Source of the DNA: Psammoneis japonica
Lineage: Eukaryota
NCBI GenBank assembly: GCA_008632985.1
Contig: QPGO01000014.1
Coordinates: 634,289-698,288, forward strand
DNA: 64,000 nt
Direction of reading: 5' to 3'
Shown here: one piece after another, positions 24,673 to 35,565 of the stretch
How the letters are laid out: each line of letters begins with the position of its first letter
How positions within the stretch are numbered: position 1 is the first letter of the stretch
Position numbers and translations under genes: made by a program
The notes under the pieces: model-generated
What the model was told of the DNA's origin: nothing
Databases searched by the model: none
Seen by the model: the letters and a program-made list of their open reading frames with translations, nothing else

Positions 24673-25545
24673 TCAGTCTTCGTCGCTGTCCTGAAGCACC
24701 AAGTCGTCATCGACGTTCAGGTCAACTTCGCAGTTGAGCTCGACATCATCGTCGGCCTCTTCTCCAGCTTCTTCTGCCGGAGCTCCAATGAGACGACAGA
24801 GTTCCATGGGCAACGACCCCTCGTAGAAGCAACTGTGAAGTAAGTTCTTGTTTTGGGCGCACCAACCGATGTGAAACTGACCACCTTCCTTCTGAAGCTC
24901 GGCAAGCGCCGCCTCGTTGCCGATCACTTCGGACCAAACAGCATCCTTCATCCAGAAGAAGTTGTCTTCAACGAAGACCTCGGTGTTGTTCTCAGGGTCA
25001 TCGTTCAGCTGCTTCGCAATGTGCTTCCCGAGGCCGCGCACTTTAGCATCGGTTGGGACTTCTTCGAGGAAGATGAAGAAGAGACGCACGGCGCAGTTCT
25101 TGGCGTTCGTCTGCAACTCGCCCTCGTGAACCCACCTGCCAGCGCAAGGGTGGAATCCGACTTGAACCGCCCACGGAGTCCTGCTGCGAAGGTTGTCAAA
25201 CAGAACCTTCTCCGACCAAACATTGGTCAAAAGGGGATTCTTGGCTTGGAGACGAAAAACGACGCCTTTCTTGCGGCCGACAGTGACGGTGGCACAGCGC
25301 AGGAGGGCGTCCTTGTCGGAATGGCTGCCATCGTCAGAACCGGCGGATTTGGAAAGCTTGAACCCATGCTTGGCAAGGCAGTCTTCCGGTTTAAGGTCGT
25401 CATCGGTCAAGCCGTTGGTCTTGCGGGGCGGACTTAGTTTCTTCAACAGAGCATCAGAAAACTTCGTCTTTGCCTTCTTCTGTTTGGTTTCGGCGACTTT
25501 GGCTTTTGCAGCCGGGGAGGTCGTTGTGTTTCTTTTGCGTGCCAT
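24673..25545 (-). CDS. Hypothetical protein with basic N-terminus and acidic C-terminus (Helitron cargo)
   Basis: Open frame of 290 aa from MARKRNTTTSPAAKAK to ...DDDLVLQDSDED; A-rich tract after the stop. No family recognised. Confidence 0.6.
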   Translation of the reverse strand: MARKRNTTTSPAAKAKVAETKQKKAKTKFSDALLKKLSPPRKTNGLTDDDLKPEDCLAKHGFKLSKSAGSDDGSHSDKDALLRCATVTVGRKKGVVFRLQAKNPLLTNVWSEKVLFDNLRSRTPWAVQVGFHPCAGRWVHEGELQTNAKNCAVRLFFIFLEEVPTDAKVRGLGKHIAKQLNDDPENNTEVFVEDNFFWMKDAVWSEVIGNEAALAELQKEGGQFHIGWCAQNKNLLHSCFYEGSLPMELCRLIGAPAEEAGEEADDDVELNCEVDLNVDDDLVLQDSDED

Positions 25546-26409
25546 CGAATCAGTTGGAGAGAAATTGTGGGAACAAAAAGTGCGATCGTTCAGAAGTGCC
25601 AAGAAAGACCCAGCAGAGCTGCGCACATCACACCAAGGAGAACTGGCAACGTCAGCAACCAGATCCAAACACGTCGAACTGCAACAAGGCAACCTTCCAG
25701 GTGTCAGCACTTGCAAGTGGTGTGTGGATTCAATTTGAACAAAACAGACACAAGGATCGGAGCACGCAAAGTCGCACTGAGTTTGCTGAAAATGCGTAAA
25801 ATCACGTGCAATTCCGTCCGTGCTTCGTGTGCATTTCAGCCGTTGCTGCCGCGCCGCCATCGCGCACGAAATCTAGTCGCCAAACGGTCGACGCCATCGC
25901 TGTCACTGCGGCACATGCTGCACCGGCAGTTAGCTGAGGTGGGCCCATCACCCATTTGGAGGATTTGCGCGCACTTTGGAAACACGAATGACGTCAATCG
26001 CACTGCAATTGCCACACGACTAACTCAACTGCCCCGCCACTCGTCAAAGCGTGATTCTGCGGAATTCACGTGAAGCTGCGCCCACCACCAAGATTGCTGA
26101 AACAACTTGAACAAGATCCAAATCTCACCCCATGGAATGTTCAGAGCAGGTGGTCGAAACAACTTGAACAAGATCCAAATCTCATCCCATGGGATGTTCA
26201 ACGTCGACGAAACTAAGTGGGATGTCGCACGTCTGGTGCGAAGAAGGACGTGGGAGGAACGCACACATCACTCTTCCGTCGAGGTGAAAGAGGCACACTT
26301 TCGTCTCACTTTTTTGTGACAGAACCTTTGCGCAAAGGGAAACGAAAAGCATCCCAACTACGGTGATTGGGCCACACCGATCGCAGTTCTCAGTTCTCAC
26401 AGTGACCTG

Positions 26410-27295
26410 GTGACGCAGGTTGTGAGACAATGCACAAGCTCAGCTGCGGTGACTGGACAACACCAGTCGCAGCTCTCACAGAGACCTGATCGCACAGGTT
26501 GTGAGAACACGACACAACGCTGCGGTGATCGGATGGCACCGACGCAGTTCGTCAAGCAACCAATTCACTTGGCTGCGGTGACTGGACGACACCAGTCGCA
26601 GCTCTCACAGCAACCTGATTGCACAGGTTGTGAGCAAACAACACAGCGCTGCACCTCGTGACGTAGGTTGTGAGACAACGCACAAGCTCAGCTGCGGTGA
26701 CTGGACGACACCAGTCGCAGCTCTCACAGAGACCTGATCGCACAGGTTGTGAGAACACGACACAACGCTGCGGTGATCGGATGGCACCGACGCAGTTCGT
26801 CAAGCAACCAATTCACTTGGCTGCGGTGACTGGACGACACCAGTCGCAGCTCTCACAGCGACCTGATTGCACAGGTTGTGAGCAAACAACACAGCGCTGC
26901 ACCTCGTGACGCAGGTTGTGAGACAACGCACAAGCTCAGCTGCGGTGACTGGACGACACCAGTCGCAGCTCTCACAGAGACCTGATCGCACAGGTTGTGA
27001 GAACACGACACAACACTGCGGTGATCGGGTGGCACCGACGCAGTTTGTCAAGCAACCAATTGACTCGGCTGCGGTGACTGGACAGCACCAGTCGCAGTGC
27101 TCACAGCGACCTGATTGCACAGGTTGTGAGAAGACGACACAGCGCTGCGGTGAACGGGTGGCACCAACGCGGTTCGTTGATCAACTGGACAGAACCACTG
27201 CGGTGACTGGACGACACCAGTCGCAGTGCTGCAGGTGGCGAGAAAACACACATCGCTGTGGTGATTGGACAGCACCGATGGCAGCTTCACGGTGA
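26410..27295. repeat. Higher-order tandem array, 248 bp period (129+119 bp subunits), ~3.5 copies
   Basis: gtgacg(c/t)aggttgtgagac at 26410, 26658, 26906. Core ctgcggtgactggac.acaccagtcgcag recurs at ~26443, 26572, 26691, 26820, 26939, 27068, 27197. Confidence 0.95.
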
Positions 27296-27371
27296 TCGCA
27301 CTGAAAAAACAACTGTTTTTGCTGAGCAACTTCTTGAAATTTGTTGAGTTAAAGTGTCAGCTTAAATTAAA

Positions 27372-30300
27372 ATGGACGAGGCCAACTCCCGTGTTTGCAA
27401 CGCAATCAACAGAAAGTTTGAGATGCTCCATCTGCATGGAGACGGAGAATTTAGACCACACGCATGTTCAGTCTGTGACGTTCTGCTGAAACCTAGAGAA
27501 GTTTGCTGCTTGCCGCTCGAAACATTGGAATCAGCAAGAAACTTGCTCACCCCTTCAGACTGGAACAGCGCATCTGATCGTCTCAAGTCCTGCCACACTG
27601 CAGAGCATGAAGATGCTGATTGGATCAAAGACCTGCTGCTTTCTCCCCGCGCCCAATGCGCAGCACAGGAAGACAGACGACGCGTCGACGGATTCACTTG
27701 CTGCAGCGAATGCCGAAGAAGCCTGGGAAGAGCCGTTTTGCCAATGTACGCGACAGCGAACAACTGCTGTTTCGGCACCCCGCCGCACGAACTGTTGTCT
27801 CTAACCGAAGTAGAGTTGGCAATGCTCACACCAGTGAAAACATGCGGATGCTGCTTCAGCCACCTTGGCGGCAAACAGAAGAAGCTTCAGGGAAGTCTGA
27901 CGTGCTACAAAGTCAAGACACAAAGCATCGTAAGAACTGTTGTGCACTTCGACGCACTGAATTTACATCAGAATGTGATTGCACTGATGACTGGAAAGAT
28001 GACTCCGGAGCAAAGACAACTTGCGCGTTCAAAGAACAGAATTAGGACGCACCACATGCTGAGGGCGATGGAATGGCTGTTGCACCACAACCAAGAGTGG
28101 GTGTGCCAACAGACAAATCTAGACGAAGTTGGGCGTAATCTGCGGAATCCCGTGCTTGTCGATGGCACCGGTGAAGAAGAAGGAGAAAATGCAAATGTTG
28201 AGACCTCAGAGTCATTTCATGTTTGCTTTCCTGATGGAACCATGTCTCCTGCGACCGGTGGTCAGCGCAACCTGGGCTGCTTCAAAGATCTTGCACATGA
28301 AGCTGCTGCCAACGGATTTGATTTAGAGGTGCAAGCACAGTTGTCTAAAGAATCTGCGAGTGATTTCAAAGGCAACAACTTCATCAACGCGTGTCTGCTG
28401 CAGTTTCCTTTTGGCAGAGGAGGAATCAATGAGACGAGAATGAAGAAAGACGGAAGTCTTGCAGACAGCACCAACCTTGCACACCATGCCGACCACTTGG
28501 CACGGATTTCCCAGCCTCACTTCCACGAGCAGCTCTTCGTGTTAACATGCTGCAACTTGACAATGAAGCAAAGGATGCCACAGAGCGCAGGGTGGAAAGT
28601 CAGGGACAAGAATCAGGCTGCACAGTTTGCAAACGAACTGACAGTGGACGATGTGGATGGAGCTGTTTGTGATCGCAACTTGGGCGAGAGAAGAGATTGT
28701 GGACTCGGGCACCACTTTTTGCGCGCACTCGACGTTGCATCTGCGTCTCTGCCACACAGCAACGAAGCAGCAAAGAAAATGAGGAGAAACGCCGAAACTT
28801 GTCAGCATCATTTTGGCCAGGGTGGCATTTTCTTAACCGTCAGTCAGGACGATGCAAATTCGTTTCTTGTGCAACTGCACTCGGGTGTCATCCTGGACCC
28901 AAACGAAGACGTGACACAACTGACGGACGAAATTCTTGCCAGCAGGGCCAAGCAACGTAATGAACTGCGTCTAAAGTTTCCCGGTCTAACAGCCTTTGCA
29001 TTCGAGTGCTTGTTTGACATTGCAATGGAAGAGGCAGTGGGTTGGGATCTGAGTGCCAACCAACCAAGAGAAAACTTTAACTTCCACATTGGCAGGCCAG
29101 CCGCATTTTTAGCTGCAGTTGAGGAGCAGGGACGTCCAACAGCACATGGACACATGCAGATCTGGTTTGCATCGATCAACAATGCAAGAGAGAAACTGCA
29201 TTCGCCAATGAGACAGATCCGACGCGAAGGTGCTGAGCACCTCACCAACATGGTTCAGAAGATCTGCAGCATGGAATTAATCTGCAGCGAGGACTTCAGC
29301 ACTGAGCGCATTGCGTGAAGCATTCGATCATGACTGCACAGTGCCAAAAATGCATCGCACCTCTCCAAAAGTGGCAGACGACCAACAGCCAAGAAACCTG
29401 AGGCACAAAGACGGCCAGCAGTCGAAGAACGGAATGTTTGCTTGTTGTCGTCACTGCACCAAGTGCTGGACAAACGTCGAGTTTGTAGAAAGCTTTTTAC
29501 AGTCACGGCACCGTGCACCTGGCCTGACTCACTGTCCAGACAACCATGCAAAGCGACTAAAAGCAATGTGTGTACAATGCCAGCGAAGTGGTCCGCAAGG
29601 GACAACAGAGGCACACACACCGGACGCAGCTTACAACCATCACATGCATGTTACGAAGTCGTGTTTTCCCAAATGCGTGGAGTTACGTAAAATGCGTAAA
29701 AAAACCCCACACGAGGAACTGGACACGCAGTCAAGGAAAAGAAAACGAGAGGAGCTCAAACTGGGTGACTGCCGTCACAGGCAACCAGCTGCTTCATGTC
29801 CAAATGATTTGGCAAGGAATGCAGATGACACTCAGATAAAGTGGTTCAGCTGGGATGGAACTTTTGCGCATCGGTGCGTGAAGGAAGTTGTTCCGAAGAG
29901 GAGAAAGTGCGATGCTTTTCAAAACGTGTCATGCCCTGCAACAAGCAGATCAAAACTGACATGCAACACAAACATTGCTTTGTTGATGCCTGGACCGTCT
30001 GCTCAATGCACGATCAAGTGCATCCTAAAAGATGCCCAGAAAGATGACACTGCATTGTACGACGAAGTGCTTCGAACTACGAACAGGACAGCGACGGAAT
30101 TACGGAAACACGCATCTGATGCATCGGAAGCAATCAGACGTCTCACATGGGGTGCTTGCTCGCATGACAAGACGAACGTCATTGGACCACCACTTGCGTC
30201 TTACACAACAAGGAATGGAAGCCGTTTCATCGAATCTCATTTGACCGCATGGTGCCCCTTGAAAGACATTGTCAGCACACTAGAAAGAGACGAAATGTCT

Positions 30301-33023
30301 GTGACTGTAGCCCATTTTGGCGACACACCGTTCTTCCAATGCCAGGCCTTGCACTGCCCATGTCGTCCAACAGCACTGGAGAATCTCAGTCCGTTTGCGT
30401 TTTTTAGTGAGTGCGAAGTTCTTCGCAACACAAGGAAAAACGAACACGGCATGATGATGTTCGACAACAGAGCGCACAGGCACCCGTCTTGCAATTCAAT
30501 GAAGAATGAGTTTCTTCAAGGTGTCAGACAGCGACAGCAACCGCGATTGTTAAAAGCACTTCAGTGTGATTTTCCTGATGCAGCCAAGTTTGGCAGTTGC
30601 CTTGTAGATCCGCAGCAACCAACAACACTGGACAAAGAATTGCACTGCAAGTTGGCATTGGCCTTGTTTGCGCCTTGCAGAACAATGACGGAACTCAAAC
30701 CAATGACCCATGCATGCCTGCGTGAATTCCAACTCTCCGCAGCAGCCAGTGTCATTGCAGAGGAAAACTTGAACTTCTTGCAGAACCTGCAGGATGCTGA
30801 GTCCAACTGCCTTCGTCTCAAAAGCACATCTGACGATCTGCAAAGAAAGACGGAGCAATTTAGACCTGCTGATGTTGTGTTTGACTGTTGCGAAAGTGAC
30901 GAGGAAGAAGGTCTTTCAGGCGCCGTTCAGGGTCAACTGCTGGATGCACTCTTGGAAGAAATGGCAGAGCAGCCAGAAGACGATGACATTGGGTTGAGCG
31001 ACCAAGCAGTTGTTCCTGCGCATTTGAGCGGCAAACGTGCAAGACAGAAAGGTTCACACATGGGTGGCTGCAAATGCTTGGCAGACATGCACACTGACCC
31101 ACCAAACGAGGAAAGCAGGTCAATGAACGACAACTTTTTGAGAATCTAGAGGGCGGCGATGACACCGACGAGGAAGACCAGAATGAAGGAGTGCAACAAC
31201 ACATCCACAGCAGACCACTGTCAAGAGATGACATTGTTCGAGTGATGCTGACTAGAATGCAAAGAACAAGAAGGTCGTTTGAGGACATGACAGGTTTGGA
31301 AGAACACGTCGATGTACATCAAGCAAACGGATCTGCAGCAAGTGTCGTAGACTGGGCTGGGAAAGCAAGACTGGACAGGCAACAGCAGCGTGCCTTTGAA
31401 ATTCTAGCAGGAACCTTTGTGCTCACTTGCTGCCAAGACGCTCTTCAAGACAAGACGTCACGCAATGGACTCAACAGGAGAAACAGCAGACACGAATTCG
31501 CAACAAACCTTCACCGATTGAAGAAACTCGTGGAAGTGCAAAGACGCAGAACGTTGCAACTTGTGTGTTTTTTACATGGTGCAGGTGGAAGTGGCAAATC
31601 AACCACAATGGACCTCGTCATGGAATGCGGAAGAGAGCATTGCTCGCTTGTTGAGCAGCCGTTCACAACAAGCACAATCAGAGTGACTGCACTGACCGGA
31701 GTGGCTGCGACTGTTCTCAAAGGGGACACAATCCACCAAGTTGCATGCCTCATGAGAAGAAAGCAAACAACCGAAGAGCAAATTGAAGCATGGTCAGACA
31801 CGAGACTTTTGGTGGCAGACAAGATTTCTTTTGCAAGCAAGAGAGAACTAGAAAAACTCCATGAGAATTTAACAGCATTGAAGAGCGAACCAAGCAAGCC
31901 GCACGGTGGCATCAACATTGTTTTCGCAGGTGACCTCAGGCAACTAGAACCAGTCGGAAAAGGAGTGAAACCACTGCACAAAGATGCATGTCCCGAGTTT
32001 CACGAGTGGATCAACTGCCACACAGAACTTCATGGTGTGCACAGGTTTAAAGACGATCCATCATGGGGAAAACTGCTTGAGAGATTCCGCACTGGTGAGA
32101 TTACAGTTGACGATGTGGAGTGCATCAATGAACGAGCAGTTCAGAACAAAGATGATCTGCCCAGTGACCTCCGCCATGCCACGTACGCAAATAAGGACAG
32201 AGATGCAATTGACACTGGCCCATGCGAAAAAAGAGCAGAAACACTGCACAGAAGAGATGGAGACGTCCTTGACTCAATGTTGATTTTCAGTGACGACTTG
32301 CAGGCACAGAATGGCGCGAGACTCTGCCAACCATTTCCGGTTTGCAACAGCTTCTGGAACAACTGTGGTGAAGGAGACGTTGTCATGCAATCAGGAAGAA
32401 TGGATCCAGTCTTACGAATTTACAGAAGATGCAGAGTCATGACACCTTTCAACGAAAATGCAGCAAACGGTCAAGCAAATGGAACGCAAGCCACTGTTGA
32501 TGAGGTCGTTCTCAAACCAGGACAGGAACCAAGACTGGCAACTTTAGACAACAACATCAGCATTCCTGCTGCACTTGCCAGTCAGGTAGACCACGTTGCA
32601 TTGGAACACTGCAACAAAAGCATCGACCCCGCGAAGTTTTTAGTTGAGCCAAAAACAAATGCTTTCAGGGCTTGCATCGCCAAGCCCAGCCTAATTTTAG
32701 AAGAAGGCAACAAACAAAGGCACACTTTCCAACTGAAGGCAACCCAGCTGCCGTTTGTCATCAACAATGCCACCACAGGGCACAAACTGCAAGGGAGTGG
32801 AGTCCCGCAGTTGTTTGTACACTCTTGGAGCTGCACTCAGAATTGGGTGCATGTTGTGCTCTCCAGAGTAAAGACCAGAGAAGGGCTGTTCATGCGAAAG
32901 CCACCAAGCAAGGACCTGCAAAAACACAAGGTCCCAGAAGGCTACAAAGCCTTGACAAGACTCATGAAGGAGAGAAGCGCCACGCATTTTTCTCAGCAAC
33001 AGTGCGCAGAAATGTCAATGTAG
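27372..33023 (+). pseudogene. Helitron RepHel (HUH Y2 endonuclease plus PIF1 helicase), split by two frameshifts
   Basis: Rep: FLTVSQDD, AVEEQGRPTAHGHMQIW (HUH), QCTIKCILK (eroded YxxKYxxK). Helicase: HGAGGSGKST, TALTGVAA, GGINIVFAGDLRQLEPV, ATTGHKLQG, HVVLSRVKT. Frameshifts near 29315 and 31150-31190. Confidence 0.92.
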
Positions 33024-33169
33024 TGTGCAAACATCAGATTAGGATGCTCAACCACTGCACAACTGTTTGGCGACCCCAACCGTAAAAATGCGGAAATTTC
33101 GTAAAATAAAATGTTTTGATTAGATCAGCACATTGCGTGGAAATCTACACATGCGTCACACAACGTCGA

Positions 33170-33640
33170 ATGGATTTTAACCAACAAGCCAAGAAACGCG
33201 AACGCAACCGTCACAGAAAACGCAGCAATGGAGAAAACATGGATTTGCAACAACAAACAAAGAAGGCAGACGAGCCAAAGAAAACTGGTGAGGACAAGAA
33301 AAAGGTGCAGACACATGTGGAACTTCTCCAGTCATTGATGAACAAGGAAGACGAAGAGGAGATTACCTTGGAAGAAGCAAGAGCGGCGTTTGACCTTGCT
33401 TTGGGAAATTTTGATGTCACTTCTGCACTTGTGCAAGACAACACGACAGTGGACAGTCATCATGTGGAAACAACAGTCGCGCCCAAGGATGATTCAACCA
33501 TGGAGGAGCTAAAGGCAGCATGTGCAGCAGCGATTCCACAGCGGTCGGGGAGATTTTTCACCGAGGAGGAGATGGCTGAGCAGGAGAAGGAGCAAGCAAA
33601 GTCCCTTCAGAAGAAGCATGGCCAGAAAGAATGGAATTGA
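33170..33640 (+). CDS. Small charged protein with a possible UBA-like segment (Helitron cargo)
   Basis: 156 aa ORF right after the helicase. ITLEEARAAFDLALGNFDVTSALV resembles UBA helices 2-3. Confidence 0.4.
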   Translation: MDFNQQAKKRERNRHRKRSNGENMDLQQQTKKADEPKKTGEDKKKVQTHVELLQSLMNKEDEEEITLEEARAAFDLALGNFDVTSALVQDNTTVDSHHVETTVAPKDDSTMEELKAACAAAIPQRSGRFFTEEEMAEQEKEQAKSLQKKHGQKEWN

Positions 33641-34387
33641 GCAAATTGCAAATGACCATTCAGCAAAGACAACCGCATCAATGCGCAAAATACATGCACA
33701 TGGACTTTCACTTAAGCCGCCGCGGATTGAGCATGGCCACAAATGAGGACTGGCTGTTTGGCAAAGAAACTGCAACAATGCGCAAATTTCGCACATTTCC
33801 ACACTCACTTAATCCAACGCAGCTTGCCTCAGACAACATCAACATGCACAACTAGACAACATCAACATACACAGACAGCCTCATGAAACCTCACAGAAGA
33901 CAGAACGGTCAGAAGCAAAACAACCAGCACCACGCACTAACGCATGTTAGTCATGTCGCGTGGGTCGCGCAAAAGTGCGCACCGAAATAACCGTTATGTG
34001 TTATAATTAATTCGAACGCCCGGCGCAAAATGCAGCAAAATGATTGGTGCAGGCAATCGTCATGGCTCTATTTTCTGATAGTAGCGAGGGCGGCAATCCA
34101 AAATCTTTCGGTTTCAGACTTCGATCTAGAGAGTTCCACCTAGCTAAAGAGGAGGAACCAACTTTAGAAGTTCGGAACTTTCTACGTCACAGAGACGTCA
34201 TCGTGATTTATGCTTTTGAGCTCACGTCATCATCTCAATCTGCATTTCGCGGGGGCGGGAGGGGACAGTACCATGAAGAGCTTTCAGTTGCTCTGCTCCG
34301 GTTACTTGTTGCGACGCCGGTCTTCTTCTCATGGCGCTGAGCTGAAGCAGGTTGAGTTTTTGAGTGTTTCCGTTGAACCCAAGAGAC

Positions 34388-35452
34388 ATGAGGCTTCCTC
34401 TGAATGTTGTGCTGGCATGCCTTGCGTCCCAGTGTCGCGTTGGCTTCGCCTTCTTGCCGTCAACGATCCGGGTTGCTCAGATCAGACAAAGAGAAACAAG
34501 GCACAGTGAAGAAACTTCAGAAATGCGGACTTCGGCCGCCGACTGCGTAGAGCATCAAGAACAACATTTGGACAGGCAAGATGAAATTGAAAAGGCTTGG
34601 AATGCCCACGGTATGCCATGGCGAAAGTCTCTCGGTGAAGAACGCGACACAAACCTGTACTACATGCCTTTTTGGGAATGGCAGCTCCGTTTCATGAAGA
34701 AGAATCTTAACAATTTACAAGTGCTTCCTTGCACATCCCTTGGATCATCACAGTTTCCGTTGAGTAACCATTTGTTTGACTACAAGAAAAGCGAAGACGG
34801 AAAGTCGCGTATTGTGTCTTTGAACTTCTGCTCAGATGAATTCAGGAAGATCCGAATGACCTACTATGAAAATGGTGCAGTCGGCCAGTCCTTTAACACG
34901 GTATGGTATCCACGGGCCTGCTACAACCTTCCTATTTTGGGTGTGAACTTGCTGTCCAAGTCGGCTCTCAACAAACATTTAGCGATCATAGATTTTCAAC
35001 CATTGCACCCAGAAGAGAGAGACCACGCCCTGTCTTTTTCGCACATACAACAAGACATTTTGTCCAAGTATCCACAGTTGGAGGCGGACGAAAATGATCG
35101 CATCTGGAACCTGCAGGTTTTTTCAAAGCGAATGCTGTGCAAACGCTTTCAGGACGAAGAAACTGTTTCCTCACATGTCTTTCCCGCGTTTTGCGATTTT
35201 GTCAAGTCGTACATTCGCGCATTAGTCCAGAAAACCAAGCCTGACCAGTCATTGCAGACACAAAAGAGGGTCATGGAGCGACACGTCGCCTACGACACCT
35301 ATTCATCAGTACGAGATCCGTGCACGCCGCTTCTTGGGTCTCTGTTTGGGATCGAATGGGCAGAGGAATTTGTTTTCGGATTCCTCTACTCATTGAGCGA
35401 ACGCAAAGAAGAAGATTACTGGACAAGAACTGGCACACCCATTGAAGACTGA
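34388..35452 (+). CDS. Ferredoxin-dependent bilin reductase (PebA-like) with predicted signal/plastid presequence
   Basis: EFRKIRMTYY, FNTVWYP...YNLPILGVNLL, IIDFQPL, AYDTYSSVRDP, FGIEWAEEFVFGFLY. N-terminus MRLPLNVVLACLASQCRVGFAF. Normal Tyr and TpA content. Confidence 0.85.
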   Translation: MRLPLNVVLACLASQCRVGFAFLPSTIRVAQIRQRETRHSEETSEMRTSAADCVEHQEQHLDRQDEIEKAWNAHGMPWRKSLGEERDTNLYYMPFWEWQLRFMKKNLNNLQVLPCTSLGSSQFPLSNHLFDYKKSEDGKSRIVSLNFCSDEFRKIRMTYYENGAVGQSFNTVWYPRACYNLPILGVNLLSKSALNKHLAIIDFQPLHPEERDHALSFSHIQQDILSKYPQLEADENDRIWNLQVFSKRMLCKRFQDEETVSSHVFPAFCDFVKSYIRALVQKTKPDQSLQTQKRVMERHVAYDTYSSVRDPCTPLLGSLFGIEWAEEFVFGFLYSLSERKEEDYWTRTGTPIED

Positions 35453-35565
35453 TAATCAAAATTTTGAATACAGAATTAGAGTTGTATAGTTTGAATCATA
35501 TATCTACCGGAATCTGCCTGACATCGTGTTACGAAACTTCTTTGACAAGGCCGGACGCCAATTTT

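Larger units (their letters stand above)
19960..34000 (+). mobile_element. ~14 kb Helitron-like element with RepHel and cargo genes; boundaries approximate
   Basis: RepHel at 27372-33023. Continuous TpA-poor, CpG-rich composition from ~19960 to ~33950. Small hairpins near the right end (actaac-gcat-gttagt at 33936-33951; gcgca-aaag-tgcgc at 33967-33980). Termini not proven. Confidence 0.65.

Noticed and set aside
26098..26200. 57 bp direct duplication (and a ~34 bp duplication at 21723/21787) as regulatory RNA elements
   Set aside because: Simple local duplications with no supporting structure or function.
26410..27295. CRISPR-like array (conserved core with intervening sequence)
   Set aside because: The intervening segments are themselves repeated with a 248 bp period, there are no cas genes, and the context is eukaryotic.
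1..33950. Alternative genetic code or a different organism/contaminant explaining the Tyr-poor proteins
   Set aside because: The depletion is frame-independent, affects non-coding DNA and a TSD, and alternates with normal intron-containing genes on the same contig.
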